A stretch of 64,000 nt of DNA from an uncultured Gemmatimonadales bacterium (GCA_963708135.1 OY970192.1:2080001-2144000); one strand, 5' to 3'; counted from the stretch's first letter, positions 39,423-50,162 are shown. Notes: a model not told the origin generated them from the sequence alone. Made by a program: numbers and translations.

Positions 39423-40060
39423 CGCGCGCGCGCCTCCGCTGGGCCCCCGCCGCGATTCTCGGTCTCGGCGCCGTGGCGACGCTCGGCGTTTCCGCCGAGC
39501 GGGCGCTTCCGCTCCGCGAACCGCTCGGCACGGCGGTACCCGAGCGGATCGCCGGTCTCGACGGCAGCGACCAGCCGGTTTCGGCCGCCGAGCGGCAGGT
39601 TTCCGGCGTGGGCGACTACCTGTTCAGGATCTACGACACGCCGGGCGGCCAGGGGCCTCTCTTCACCATCTACGTCGGGTACTATCCGAGTCAGCGACAG
39701 GGCAAGAGCATCCACTCACCGAAGAACTGCCTTCCCGGCGCGGGCTGGGAGCCCCTGACGTCGCGTCAGGAGATGATCGCCACGGCGGACGGTCCCGTAC
39801 CGGTCAACCAGTATCTGCTCCGCAAGGGAGACGAGTACGCACTCGTCCTCTACTGGTATCAGGGACGGGGCCGCGTGGTGGCCAACGAGTACTCGGTGAA
39901 GTGGTACCTGCTCCGCGACTCGGCCTTCCGCCACCGCAGCGACGAAGCGCTGGTGCGCGTGCTCGTGCCGGTCACGGGCTCGCAGGAGAGCGCCTCGGAG
40001 CTGGCGCGGAAAGTGGCCGCCAGGCTGGTGCCCGCCGTCAGCCAGGCCCTGCCGAGCTGA
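39419..40060 (+). CDS. epsI: Exosortase-associated EpsI family protein
   Basis: YVGYYPSQ, IHSPKNCLPGAGW, VLYWYQ, RSDEALVRV. Confidence 0.9.
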   Translation: MTRARLRWAPAAILGLGAVATLGVSAERALPLREPLGTAVPERIAGLDGSDQPVSAAERQVSGVGDYLFRIYDTPGGQGPLFTIYVGYYPSQRQGKSIHSPKNCLPGAGWEPLTSRQEMIATADGPVPVNQYLLRKGDEYALVLYWYQGRGRVVANEYSVKWYLLRDSAFRHRSDEALVRVLVPVTGSQESASELARKVAARLVPAVSQALPS

Positions 40061-40067
40061 GAGCCGC

Positions 40068-40307
40068 GTGGAGCGAGCTGCTCCCGACTCCACCGCCTCC
40101 CGGCGCGCTGGACGGCGCCACCCCGCACCGATACGTTCGGGAATGCCCCCGCCCGCCGGCCCTTCCGGACTCGTGATCATCCCCGCCGCCATCGGGGTCG
40201 TGGCTCTCGCAGCCATCGCGGGCGCAACCTGGGGCGCGAAGGCATTCGTGGGCATCTGCCTCGTCGCCTCCATTCTCGCCGGACTGCTGATCACGCGCGG
40301 GAAGTGA
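40068..40307 (+). CDS. Possible small two-TM protein
   Basis: Fills the gap after epsI, hydrophobic C-terminal half; overlaps convergent gene end by 17 nt. Confidence 0.35.
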   Translation: MERAAPDSTASRRAGRRHPAPIRSGMPPPAGPSGLVIIPAAIGVVALAAIAGATWGAKAFVGICLVASILAGLLITRGK

Positions 40308-41454
40308 CGTCGCGGTAGATCTCCTCGTAGCGCGTGAGCCAGGGCTCGACGCCGAACGCCCGGTCCAGCCGCTCGCGTGCGCGGCCTGCCCGCGCGCGCG
40401 CCGCGTCGCGATCCTCCAGCACACGAGCGATCGCGCCCGCGAGCGCAGCGGCGGAATCCGGCGGAACGAGCATCGCCTCAGTCGGCGAGAGCACGTCCGG
40501 CACACCTCCGACCGCCGTGGCCACGATCGGAACGGCCGCCGCCATCGCCTCCAGCAGCACGATCGGGGTGCCCTCCGTCCGCGAGCTGAGGGTGAACACA
40601 TCGAAGGCCGGAAGCAGATCGCCCGCACCCGCGACCGCGCCGTACCAGTGGAAGCGCTCCGCCACGCCCGCCGAGACGGCCCGCGCCTCCAGGCGACGCC
40701 GCTCCCGCCCATCTCCGAGCACGGCGAACTCCAGCGGCGGACCGGCGATTCGCGCAGCTGCGTCCACGAGCAGATCGGCGGCCTTCTCCCGGCTGAGGCG
40801 GCCGATCCAGCCGACCACCAGCAAGTCCTCGTGGAGTCCGAGCCGCGTACGCGCGTCGGTGCGCGAGAGGCCGCCGGGACGCCCGCCCCAGGCGTTCGGA
40901 ACGACATGGATCCGGCGCGAAGCCGCCCCCGCCCGCCGCAGCTCCCGCACCTGCGCCCTCGACACCGCCACCACCGCATCCATCCCGCGGTAGCTCCGCC
41001 GCTGGAGCCACTCGTATGCCCGGTTCTTCCATCCCGAGCGGGTGAAGCCGTGAACGGTGGTGACGGTCGGAATCCCCAGCCGCCGAGCCACCCCGGACGC
41101 CAGAACATCGCTCCGGTAGCCGTGCGTGTGGACGACATCCGGCCGCAGCCTAGCGCACAGCTCCCGGAGAAGCCGCCGCTCGCGCCGATACGCCCGATCG
41201 GGGACGACGACCGGATGGACCGCAGCGCCGGCGGCCCGCAGCGCCTCAAGGACCGGGTGCCCCTCTTCCCCGGGGCCGACCACCGCCGCCACGTGGACAT
41301 GGTGTCCGCGCCGGACATGCCCCGCGGCGAGCGCTTCCACCACCGCCTCCAGGCCCCCGTAGGGCGCAGGCGCCAGCACGTGCAGCACCACGAGTGGCGA
41401 CGCTATGGGCACCGCCTCCCTGCCCGCCGTCGTTTCGCCTGTCGCCATCGGCAT
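40291..41454 (-). CDS. Glycosyltransferase family 4
   Basis: VHTHGYRSD, GRLSREK, SSRTEGTPIVLLEAM. Confidence 0.92.
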   Translation of the reverse strand: MPMATGETTAGREAVPIASPLVVLHVLAPAPYGGLEAVVEALAAGHVRRGHHVHVAAVVGPGEEGHPVLEALRAAGAAVHPVVVPDRAYRRERRLLRELCARLRPDVVHTHGYRSDVLASGVARRLGIPTVTTVHGFTRSGWKNRAYEWLQRRSYRGMDAVVAVSRAQVRELRRAGAASRRIHVVPNAWGGRPGGLSRTDARTRLGLHEDLLVVGWIGRLSREKAADLLVDAAARIAGPPLEFAVLGDGRERRRLEARAVSAGVAERFHWYGAVAGAGDLLPAFDVFTLSSRTEGTPIVLLEAMAAAVPIVATAVGGVPDVLSPTEAMLVPPDSAAALAGAIARVLEDRDAARARAGRARERLDRAFGVEPWLTRYEEIYRDVTSRA

Positions 41455-41486
41455 TTCCGTCGTCCCGATCGCCGTCCGCCAGCAGG

Positions 41487-41504
41487 TGTTGCGCGCGCGC
41501 AACA
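41487..41504. promoter_or_regulatory. Candidate enhancer palindrome (perfect)
   Basis: TGTTGCGCGCGCGCAACA. Confidence 0.72.
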
Positions 41505-41669
41505 CTCGCCGCTGCGGCAGCCGTTTCTGCCGCTCCACGAGCGCGGATCACCGCCGCGCGGCCGGGCCGACACGGAGGGTCGGAAGCTCGATTGAGGGGT
41601 AAGATCGCGCGGAGCCCCGCGCCTCACCGGCGCGGCCGACTCGACGCGGCGGATCCCGGGGTGGCGGGT

Positions 41670-41685
41670 TGGCAAGATCCATGCA
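41670..41685 (+). promoter_or_regulatory. sigma54 promoter
   Basis: TGGCAAGATCCATGCA. Confidence 0.7.
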
Positions 41686-41754
41686 CTGCGCGCTTCCGCG
41701 CGCTCCCAGGGATCGGAGCGCAGATTCGTCCGTCCAGCGCCGCGGAAATTCCTA

Positions 41755-42972
41755 ATGGTTGATGGCGGTCTCGACAATCCGGGCACCCTGCTGTGTGTGG
41801 CCGCGTTCCCTGCCAACACCGGCTTCGCCTGGGACTTCATCGAGGGCCTGTTCGCGGGCCTCGCGGACAGGCTCGCGGAGCGTGGGGTGGCCACCCGGGT
41901 GGCGTACCCCGCGGTCGCCTCTTCGCCGCGCCCGCTGGCGGGGAGCGCGGCCCGGGCCGTCCTGCTGCCCTTGAGGCTTGGCTCTCCCGTGAGCTGGTGG
42001 CGCGTGCTGCGCTTCGTCCGCAGGGAGCGCGTCCGGGTCGCGTATCTCGCGGACCGTCCGGTTGCGCACCCCTTTTACGCCGCACTCCGTCTCGCGGGTG
42101 TCGGATGGATCGTGGTCCACGATCACACCTCGGGCGCCCGGACGCCGCCGGCGGGAATGAAGCGCCTCATGAAGGCAGCCTTCGTGCGGCTCCCGGGGGT
42201 GCTGGCGGATCGGGTGGTGGCGGTGAGCGATTTCGTGGCGACGAGAAAACGCGAGGTGGACCTGGTGCCCGCCGCCCGGGTGCGACGGATCTGGAACTCG
42301 GTCCCGCTGCCCGCCATGGACCCGGCGCTCTCGGCGCGCCGGCGCGAGGCGCTCGGACTGGAGATGGGGCGGCCGGTCGTCGCCTGCGCGTGCCGTGCGG
42401 CGCCGGAAAAGGGGGTCCAGCACCTGCTCCGCGCGTTCGACCGCTTGTGCGCCACCGAGATGGGGGCCACGCTCCGCCCGCAGCTGCTCTACATGGGAGA
42501 TGGGCCTCACCTGCCGGCGCTCCGCGAGCTGAGGGACGCCTTGCCGGCTCGCGATAGCATCACGCTCGCGGGCTACGTGCCGGACGCGGCGGAACTGCTG
42601 GCCGGCTGCACGCTCTGCGTGGTGCCCTCCGTCTGGGAGGAGGCGTTCGGACTGGCCGCGCTGGAGCCGATGGCGCGCGCCGTGCCGGTCGTGGCGAGCC
42701 GCGTCGGCGGGATCCCGGAGGTCCTGCTCGACGGAGAGACGGGGCTGCTCGTGCCCCCGGCGGACGAGCGAGGCCTCGCGACCGCCATGGCGCGGCTGCT
42801 CGCGGATCCGGAGCTGCGCCTCCGACTGGGCGAGGCCGGGCGGCGGCGCGCGGCGGAGCACTTCTCCCGGGAGGCGGCCCTCGACGCGCTCGGCGCGCTC
42901 ATCGAAGCGGCCTTCCCCGCTCCCGATCAGAGAGCATCGGCTCGGAACGGCGCGCTGGCGGTGCGAGGATGA
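41755..42972 (+). CDS. Glycosyltransferase family 4
   Basis: PEKG, PSVWEEAFGLAALE, GGIPE. Confidence 0.9.
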   Translation: MVDGGLDNPGTLLCVAAFPANTGFAWDFIEGLFAGLADRLAERGVATRVAYPAVASSPRPLAGSAARAVLLPLRLGSPVSWWRVLRFVRRERVRVAYLADRPVAHPFYAALRLAGVGWIVVHDHTSGARTPPAGMKRLMKAAFVRLPGVLADRVVAVSDFVATRKREVDLVPAARVRRIWNSVPLPAMDPALSARRREALGLEMGRPVVACACRAAPEKGVQHLLRAFDRLCATEMGATLRPQLLYMGDGPHLPALRELRDALPARDSITLAGYVPDAAELLAGCTLCVVPSVWEEAFGLAALEPMARAVPVVASRVGGIPEVLLDGETGLLVPPADERGLATAMARLLADPELRLRLGEAGRRRAAEHFSREAALDALGALIEAAFPAPDQRASARNGALAVRG

Positions 42973-43961
42973 GGACCGTGGCAGAGCGCGACGAAACGAA
43001 GAGCGATCCGGCGGCGCCGGTCGGCGGGCCGAAGAAGCTCTTCATCGTTGGCTGCCCGCGGAGCGGCACCACCTGGGTGCAGCTTCTGCTCTCGCAGCTG
43101 CCGACGGTCGCGACGGCGCCGGAGACCCAGATCTTCGCCTATTATCTGACCCATTTCGAGCGCCAATGGCGGCACGAGCTCGCCGGCGCGGACCGAGAGC
43201 AGGGCGCGGCCGGGCTCAGCCGGCTCCTGAGCGAGGAGGAGTTCATCGAGCTCTGCCGCCTGAACGCGAGCTTCGTGCTCGACAGGATCGGCGCGCGCAA
43301 TCCCGGCGCCGCACTCGTCGTCGAGAAGAGTCCCAAGCACGCGCTGCAGGCGGAGCTGATCCGGCGTGTGTTTCCGGACGCGTTGTTCCTCCATGTGATC
43401 CGTGACCCGCGCGACACCGCCGCGTCGCTCCTGGCCGCGGGCCGCAGCTGGGGCCGCGGCTGGGCGCCGCAGAACGCCATCACCGCGGCGCGGTGGTGGG
43501 TAGACCACGTCACGTCGGCACGGCGCCTGGCGGGCTCGACCGACGGATACAGGGAAGTGAAGTACGAGAGCCTGCGCGAGAACGCCGCCTCGGAGCTCCA
43601 GTCGATCCTCGACTGGCTCGGCATCCCGGAGCGGCGTGAGAGCTGCGAGCGCATTGCCGCCGCGTGCGACATCGACCGCCTTCGCGGAGGTGCGGCCGCG
43701 GCGGACCTCCCGATCCCGGGGGAGAAGAACCCGGCCGGATTCTTCCGCAAGGGAAAGCCGGGCGGCTGGCGCGACGATCTGACGGGTCGCGAGGTCCGGC
43801 AGATCGAGCACATCTGCGGCCCGACAATGGAAACGGCGCAGTACGCGCGGACGTCGCGCGCCTGGTCACCCGCCCTCCTCGGCATCCCCCTGCACGATGG
43901 CCTCGGCCGCATCCGCGAGAGCATCGACTGGCAGCTGGCGAGAATCATGGTGCGGTTGTGA
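42969..43961 (+). CDS. Sulfotransferase
   Basis: GCPRSGTTW, EKSP, RDPRDTAAS, FFRKGKPGGW. Confidence 0.92.
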   Translation: MRTVAERDETKSDPAAPVGGPKKLFIVGCPRSGTTWVQLLLSQLPTVATAPETQIFAYYLTHFERQWRHELAGADREQGAAGLSRLLSEEEFIELCRLNASFVLDRIGARNPGAALVVEKSPKHALQAELIRRVFPDALFLHVIRDPRDTAASLLAAGRSWGRGWAPQNAITAARWWVDHVTSARRLAGSTDGYREVKYESLRENAASELQSILDWLGIPERRESCERIAAACDIDRLRGGAAAADLPIPGEKNPAGFFRKGKPGGWRDDLTGREVRQIEHICGPTMETAQYARTSRAWSPALLGIPLHDGLGRIRESIDWQLARIMVRL

Positions 43962-45259
43962 GCGGAACGCGGGCAGGGGGGGCCCCAGCCGTCTCCGACG
44001 GCACCCGGAGCGGCGAGAACGGGCCGGGCGGACCGCACCGGCCGCGGCTGCTGTTCCTCTGTCAGACGCTGCCGTTCCCGCCGGACGGCGGGGTTCACCT
44101 GCGGTCCTACAACGTCCTGCGCCTGCTCGCGGCTCACTTCGAGGTCACGGGGCTGTTCTTCTACCGCAGGGCGACGCGTCCCACTCCAGCCGCCGTGCGC
44201 GCCGGACTGGCCGGTCTGGGCAGGCTCGGGCGCGTCGAGGCCTTCCCCATCCCGCAGGAGCACAGCCGGGCTCGGCTCCTCTGGGACCATTTCCGCAGCG
44301 TCATCACGCGACGGGCGTACGTCCACTACGCCTATGAAGCGAGGGGCTTCCGCCGCGGGCTCCGGCAGGTGCTCGAGAGGCAGACGTTCGATCTCGTCCA
44401 CATGGACAGCCTGGATCTCGCGGGCTACCTGCCGATGCTCCGCGGGCTGCCCGTCGTGTGCACGCACCACAACGTCGAATCCGATCTGCTGCGCCGCCGA
44501 GCCGCGGCCGAGTCCTCCCGGCTGCGCGGGCGTTACCTCCGACTCCAGGCGTCCCTGCTCGAGCGCTACGAGCGACTGTGGTGCCCGAAAGTGGCCCTCA
44601 ACGTGGCGGTCTCCGAGGCCGATCGCCGCGTGCTGGAGTCCCGCGCGCCCGGCGCCCGCTTCCTCGTGGTGCCGAACGGCGTGGACACCTCGGTCTTCCA
44701 GCCCGGTGAGGAGAATGGACGGGCCGCCGTGTTCGTGGGCGGCCACGGCTGGTTCCCCAACCGGGACGCAATGGAGTACTTCCGCGACGCCGTCCTGCCG
44801 CTCATCCGTGCCGAGCGCCCCGACTTCTCCCTCACCTGGGTGGGGCGCCTGCCGGAATCGGAACGCGCGCGCTTCGCGGCGGCGGGGGTCGAGCCGACCG
44901 GCTACGTCGAGGATATCCGGCCCTACGTCACCGGGGCACGCTGTTTCGTCGTCCCGATCCGGGCGGGGGGAGGCACGCGCCTCAAGATCCTGGACGCGTG
45001 GGCAATGGGGAAGGCGGTGGTGAGCACGACGATCGGCTGCGAGGGCCTCGACGCGCGGGACGGCGAGAACATCCTCATCCGCGACACGCCGGAGCAATTC
45101 GCCGCGGCGGTGCTGGCAGTGCTGGGTGACGAGACGCTGCGCCGCCGCCTGGGCTGCGCCGCCCGCGCGACGGCGGAGCGCAGCTACGACTGGCGGCGGA
45201 TCGGAGAGCCCATGACCCGCGAGTACCTGGAGCTGGCGGCGCGCGGGAGGAACGCATGA
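43958..45259 (+). CDS. Glycosyltransferase family 4
   Basis: PFPPDGG, HNVES, PNGVD, GGGTRLKILDAWAMG; GTG 43958. Confidence 0.9.
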   Translation: MSGTRAGGAPAVSDGTRSGENGPGGPHRPRLLFLCQTLPFPPDGGVHLRSYNVLRLLAAHFEVTGLFFYRRATRPTPAAVRAGLAGLGRLGRVEAFPIPQEHSRARLLWDHFRSVITRRAYVHYAYEARGFRRGLRQVLERQTFDLVHMDSLDLAGYLPMLRGLPVVCTHHNVESDLLRRRAAAESSRLRGRYLRLQASLLERYERLWCPKVALNVAVSEADRRVLESRAPGARFLVVPNGVDTSVFQPGEENGRAAVFVGGHGWFPNRDAMEYFRDAVLPLIRAERPDFSLTWVGRLPESERARFAAAGVEPTGYVEDIRPYVTGARCFVVPIRAGGGTRLKILDAWAMGKAVVSTTIGCEGLDARDGENILIRDTPEQFAAAVLAVLGDETLRRRLGCAARATAERSYDWRRIGEPMTREYLELAARGRNA

Positions 45260-46653
45260 GCCTCTCACTCGCCGCGGCCCGGCGGGCGCTTCGCCGGGCA
45301 TCGCGGGGTTCCGGCCTCGGCTCCGACCCGCTGTTCCGCCTCGAGTTCGGCGCGCTGTGGGCGTGGATGCGCCGGCAGCCGCTCTCGTTCTGGCTGGTCT
45401 CGCTCTACCTGTTCCTGGAGTACGTGCGCCCCCAGCAGATCTACGCTCCAATCTCCGGATGGCCGATCCCCTTCTGGACCATCATTCTCTGCGGGGTCGT
45501 CTTCATCCTCGAGGGGGCGAAGCTCCGTGCCTGGCACCTGGGCGACACGCTCATGGCCGCGGCGACGCTCGTCGTCCTCCTCTCGACCGTGACAGCCTAC
45601 GATCCGTCGGCGGCGACGGAGCAGTACAACGTCTTCTTCGGCTGGCTCATCGTCTACTTCCTCATCACGAGCATCGTCAGCACGCGGCACCGCGTCTATG
45701 TGTTTCTGCTGCTCTACCTTCTGTACTGCACGAAGATGACGCAGCACGGCGTGCGCAGCTGGGCCGCATCGGGTTTCGGCTTCATCCGGATCGGCGTCGG
45801 CTGCGCACCGGGGTGGTTCCAGAATTCGGGAGAATGCGGCGCGCAGATGGCCATGCTGTTCCCGGTGTCACTCTTCCTCTTCCTCACCCTCTGGACCTTC
45901 TGGCCGAAGTGGAAGCGGTGGGCGTACGCGGTCCTGCTGCCACTCGGGTCGCTGCTCACCATCCTCGGCTCCTCGTCCCGTGGGGCCCTGATGGGTCTCG
46001 CAGCCACGGCGCTCTGGTTCGTGGCCAAGAGCCGCAAGCGCCTGAAGGTGCTCGTCCCCGTGGTGGCCGTGGCAGCGCTCGCGTGGCTCGTTCTGCCGCA
46101 GGGATTCAAGACCCGGTTCCAGACCATCGGCCAGGATCCGAGCTCCCTCGACCGTCTCGCCTACTGGCGCGGCGGCCTCAAGATCATGAACGCCTTTCCC
46201 GTTACGGGCGTGGGATACCAGAACTGGCTCCCGTACTACCGGCGGTTCTATGACGCCGCCGGCCAGGTCCCGCACAACATCTTCATCGAGGCGGGGGCCC
46301 AGACCGGATACCTGGGCCTGCTCGTCTTCGTTGCGTGTATCCTGGGTACCTTCGTGATCAACGCCTCGACGCGCCGGCTCGCGGTGGAGATCCCCGATGC
46401 GGCCTCCTGGTACCGGAACATGGCGCACGGGTTCGACGCGGCGCTTGTCGGCTACCTCGTCGCCGGGTCGTTCGTCACGATCCTCTACTACCCGTTCTTC
46501 TGGATCAACCTGGCGATGGTGGTGTCGCTGAACGTGGCGGCGCTGGACGACGCGCGCAGGGCGTCACGCGCCGGGCGCACGGCGGCCCTCCAGCGTCACC
46601 CGCCGCGCGTCGTGGCACCCGACCTCCTGCTCTCGCCCATGGAGCCTACGTGA
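45256..46653 (+). CDS. O-antigen ligase/polymerase-like membrane protein (Wzy-like)
   Basis: About 10 TMs; YVRPQ, SRGA, R..YW, PVTGVG, PHN motifs. Confidence 0.85.
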   Translation: MSLSLAAARRALRRASRGSGLGSDPLFRLEFGALWAWMRRQPLSFWLVSLYLFLEYVRPQQIYAPISGWPIPFWTIILCGVVFILEGAKLRAWHLGDTLMAAATLVVLLSTVTAYDPSAATEQYNVFFGWLIVYFLITSIVSTRHRVYVFLLLYLLYCTKMTQHGVRSWAASGFGFIRIGVGCAPGWFQNSGECGAQMAMLFPVSLFLFLTLWTFWPKWKRWAYAVLLPLGSLLTILGSSSRGALMGLAATALWFVAKSRKRLKVLVPVVAVAALAWLVLPQGFKTRFQTIGQDPSSLDRLAYWRGGLKIMNAFPVTGVGYQNWLPYYRRFYDAAGQVPHNIFIEAGAQTGYLGLLVFVACILGTFVINASTRRLAVEIPDAASWYRNMAHGFDAALVGYLVAGSFVTILYYPFFWINLAMVVSLNVAALDDARRASRAGRTAALQRHPPRVVAPDLLLSPMEPT

Positions 46654-47873
46654 GCCGGGGCTCCGGCCGCGGCGTATCCGCCCGGAGCCCGGAGCCGCGA
46701 CGCGTCCTGCATCTGATCGACACGGGCGGACCCGGCGGCGCCGAGACGATCTTCCTGGAGCTGCTCCGGCGCCTCGACCCGAGCCGGTGGGCCTCTGTGG
46801 GTGCCGTGCCCTACCGGGACTGGCTGGCGGGAGCAATGGAGGAACACGGGCTCGAGCCCGTCGTGCTGCCCAGCCGCGGCTCCTTCGACTTCCGCTACCT
46901 GGCTGCAATCGTGCGCCTCGTGCGCAAGTGCCGTGCGGATCTCATCCAGACGCACCTGCTGGGTTCGGCCGTCTACGGCACCCTTGCGGGCAGACTGACG
47001 GGGGTCCCCGTCGTCTGCACGTTCCACGGCCCCGCGGACATCGGAGCGGCCGAACGCTTCGGCAGACCGAAGCTCCGGATCGTGTCCCGCTGGGCGGCCC
47101 GAACCGTCTTCGTGTCCGATTCGCTGCGCGCGCACTTCGAGGGTCTGGCGCCGTTCCGCGAGGGCAGCGCCGCGGTGGTGCCCAACGGGATCGACGTGGA
47201 GAGCTTCGCCGCGCCGCGAGACGGTGCATTTCGCGCCGAGCTGGGCATCGCTCCGGACGCGGTTCTCATCGGCGCGCTCGGCAACATCCGGCCGTCGAAG
47301 GCCTATCCCGTTCTGCTGCGCGCGGCCGCTGCGCTCCGCGCCCGGTCGAGCGAGCTCCGGTTCGTCATCGTCGGGGAGACGCGGGGTGGCCCGTTCGATG
47401 AGCTGCTCCGCCTCAGGGCGGAGCTCGGGCTCGCGGAGGTGGTGACCTTCGCGGGGTTCCGCGAGGATGTGCCGCGCGTGCTCGCGAGCCTCGATCTCTT
47501 CGTCGTCAGCTCGAGCCACGAGGGCTTCTCCCTCTCGACCGTACAGGCGCTCGCGGCACGGCTTCCGGTCGTGGCCACACGGTGCGGCGGCCCGGAGGAG
47601 ATCCTGGAGCACGGGGTGACGGGAATCCTGGTGGAACGGGACGACCCGGAGGCGCTGGCGGCCGGCATCGAGCGCGTCGCCCTCGATCGGGCGGGCGCAG
47701 CGCACCTCGCCGAGGCCGGGCTGGCAATGGTCCGGCGGCGCTTCAGCGCGGCGGCCATGATCGGGAGGTACGAGGCCATCTACGAGGCGTGTCTGGACGG
47801 GACCCGGCATCCCGTCTCCCCCCGCGCCGCGACGGCACTCGCCTCGGGCTCCGGCACAGCGCGCCAGGGATGA
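46650..47873 (+). CDS. Glycosyltransferase family 4
   Basis: GPGGAE, PNGID, SSSHEGFS, CGGPEEI; GTG 46650. Confidence 0.9.
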   Translation: MSRGSGRGVSARSPEPRRVLHLIDTGGPGGAETIFLELLRRLDPSRWASVGAVPYRDWLAGAMEEHGLEPVVLPSRGSFDFRYLAAIVRLVRKCRADLIQTHLLGSAVYGTLAGRLTGVPVVCTFHGPADIGAAERFGRPKLRIVSRWAARTVFVSDSLRAHFEGLAPFREGSAAVVPNGIDVESFAAPRDGAFRAELGIAPDAVLIGALGNIRPSKAYPVLLRAAAALRARSSELRFVIVGETRGGPFDELLRLRAELGLAEVVTFAGFREDVPRVLASLDLFVVSSSHEGFSLSTVQALAARLPVVATRCGGPEEILEHGVTGILVERDDPEALAAGIERVALDRAGAAHLAEAGLAMVRRRFSAAAMIGRYEAIYEACLDGTRHPVSPRAATALASGSGTARQG

Positions 47874-49081
47874 CCCGCTTTACGCAGGCGGAGACGCAGG
47901 CGCGGGCCGCCACCGTTCTCGTCACCGACGGGGAGCAGCGTTCCGCGCTGGCCGTGGTCCGCTCCCTCGGGCACGCGGGCCACCGCGTCCACGTCTGCTC
48001 CGCGCGCCGCCGCTGCCTCGCCGGAGCCTCCCGGTTCGCGCGCAGCCAGGCGGGCGTGCCGGACCCGCTGCGTGAGCCGGCAGCCTTCGCCGAAGCGGTG
48101 GAGCGGCTCGCCGGAGCTTGCGGGGCCGAGGTCGTCCTCCCGGTCTCCGAGCCCGCGCTCCTCGCCCTGCTCCCCGTCCGCGACCGCCTCGTTGCCAGGA
48201 TTCCCTTCGTCAATGCCATCTCTTTCCTGCGCGTGTGTGACAAGGCGACGGTTCTCGAGGAGGCGCAGCGGATCGGCGTCCGGGTTCCCCGGCAGACGGT
48301 GCTCACCGCGCCCGCCGCCCTTCCGATCCGGGATCTCGATCTCGGCTTTCCACTGGTCGTGAAGCCCTCCCGCTCGGTAGTGGACGCGGGAGGGGCCCGG
48401 GCCAAGGCCGGCGTCGGCTACGCCGCCGGCCCGGAGTCGCTTCACCGGATCCTCGCGGAGCTCGCGGCCGGGGCGTACCCGGTCCTCCTCCAGGAGCGGA
48501 TCGTCGGGCCCGGGATCGGCGTGTTCGTGCTGATCTGGGAGGGCGAGGTGGTGGCGAGCTTCTTCCACCGGCGGATCCGCGAGAAGCCGCCCTCCGGGGG
48601 CGTCAGCGTGTGCGCCGAGAGCGTGGCGCCCGATCCGGCGCTCCTCGAGCGCTCCGTCGCCCTGCTTCGCCGCTTCGACTGGAAGGGTGTGGCAATGGTC
48701 GAGTTCAAGCTCGATGCGGCCACCGGCGAGCCGGTCCTCATGGAGGTGAACGGCCGGTTCTGGGGATCGCTGCAGCTCGCCGTCAACGCCGGCGTCGACT
48801 TCCCTGCCCTGCTCGTCGCGCTGGCGCTCGGCGCGCGGCCGCCGGCGCCGGCCGGCTACCGGGTCGGCCGCCGGCTGCGGTGGGAATGGGGCGAAGTGGA
48901 CCACCTGCTCGCCCGGCTGCGCCGCTCGGGCAGGACGCTCGCGTTGCCGCCCGGCTCGCCCGGCCGCGTTCGCGCAACGCTCGACTTCCTGAGCGCTCCA
49001 CTGCGTGCGAGAGGAGAGGTGTTCCGCCTCTCGGACCCGCTGCCGGCCGCGCGCGAGAGCATCGATTGGTTCCACGGGTGA
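47870..49081 (+). CDS. ATP-grasp carboxylate-amine ligase
   Basis: FPLVVKP, LQERIVG, REKPPSGG, MEVNGRFWGS. Confidence 0.88.
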   Translation: MTRFTQAETQARAATVLVTDGEQRSALAVVRSLGHAGHRVHVCSARRRCLAGASRFARSQAGVPDPLREPAAFAEAVERLAGACGAEVVLPVSEPALLALLPVRDRLVARIPFVNAISFLRVCDKATVLEEAQRIGVRVPRQTVLTAPAALPIRDLDLGFPLVVKPSRSVVDAGGARAKAGVGYAAGPESLHRILAELAAGAYPVLLQERIVGPGIGVFVLIWEGEVVASFFHRRIREKPPSGGVSVCAESVAPDPALLERSVALLRRFDWKGVAMVEFKLDAATGEPVLMEVNGRFWGSLQLAVNAGVDFPALLVALALGARPPAPAGYRVGRRLRWEWGEVDHLLARLRRSGRTLALPPGSPGRVRATLDFLSAPLRARGEVFRLSDPLPAARESIDWFHG

Positions 49082-49150
49082 GGCGCCGCGGTCGCCACGG
49101 GCGCGAGCCGCCCGTTGCGGGCCGATTGACGGGGGCGTCGGCCCCGCTCT

Positions 49151-50077
49151 TTAGCCCGGCGCCGCCACCGCCCGCTCGGCGGCCGAGCCCAGCAGCGGAT
49201 AGCCGAAGTGCGTGAGCATCGGCCGTGCCTCGACCGTAACCCGCGCGCGCTCTTCCTCGCTCAGCCGGGCAATACTGCCAGCGTTCATGTTCCGGATCGG
49301 CTCGATCCTCTCGTGCACGCTCCACGAGCCGCGCAGATCGATGCTGCCGCTCCCCCACGCCTCGAGGCCAAGGAAACCGAGGATCCGAGCCAGCTCGTCC
49401 CCGGGCGATTCCGCCAGATCCTCGTAGCGCACCCACAGCACCTTCTTCAACCGAGCGGCATCCTCCACCAGCACCTCGTTCGAACGGTTCCACTGCCTGG
49501 CACACAGCTCGATCGGCCACCCCTCCTTCAGGTGGAACGGCTCCGCCTTCCGCCGGATTCCCTCCGCCACCGCGTAGCCGTTGCGCACGATCGCAATGAA
49601 ATGGGCGTTCTCGAAGTGCCGCTCGAGCCAGAGCGTACGCGCCGCATTCGGCGGCGACTTCTCCAGGAACACCGGCCGCTTCCGGTCCAACCGCATCAGC
49701 CACTCCCGCTTCAGCCGGGCGGGATCCGGCCCGCCGTCGTCGGGGCCGAGCCGGAAAAGGTCCTCCCGGAGCACCCACATTCTCGGCAGCCCCAGCTCGT
49801 AGTCGCAGACCAGCTGATCCGTCAGGAACTGACCTTCGTCGGGCAGGGGCGCGATCGCCGGATGTGCCCCGAGCAGCGACATCAGCAGCTCCGTACCCGA
49901 GTTGTAGCAGCCGACCACGAAGACCCACTTCTCCGGCACGACCATCGGCGTGAGGCTGATCCGGAGCTCACGGTGCAGCCGGCCCAGGCACTCCCGTCCG
50001 ATCTCTCTCCAGCGCGTGCCACCAGAGAGGCGGAGTTCGCGGTCCTTCCGCTGCCGGCCGCCGGCTCTTGCTTCCAT
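49151..50077 (-). CDS. Sulfotransferase
   Basis: GCYNSGTEL, EKSPPN, RNGYAV, RYEDL; ATG 50077. Confidence 0.85.
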   Translation of the reverse strand: MEARAGGRQRKDRELRLSGGTRWREIGRECLGRLHRELRISLTPMVVPEKWVFVVGCYNSGTELLMSLLGAHPAIAPLPDEGQFLTDQLVCDYELGLPRMWVLREDLFRLGPDDGGPDPARLKREWLMRLDRKRPVFLEKSPPNAARTLWLERHFENAHFIAIVRNGYAVAEGIRRKAEPFHLKEGWPIELCARQWNRSNEVLVEDAARLKKVLWVRYEDLAESPGDELARILGFLGLEAWGSGSIDLRGSWSVHERIEPIRNMNAGSIARLSEEERARVTVEARPMLTHFGYPLLGSAAERAVAAPG

Positions 50078-50144
50078 TTCGCAGGTCCCCCGTCTGCTGG
50101 CTCTCGCCCGGTATCCCGAGCGGGCGGTTTCGCCCGGCAACACG

Positions 50145-50162
50145 TGTTGCGTGCGCGCAACG
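50145..50162. promoter_or_regulatory. Candidate enhancer palindrome with adjacent half-site
   Basis: TGTTGCGTGCGCGCAACG, preceded by GCAACA at 50137-50142. Confidence 0.65.

Noticed and set aside
43142..45451. 769-aa minus-strand ORF
   Set aside because: Antisense to well-supported sulfotransferase and glycosyltransferase genes
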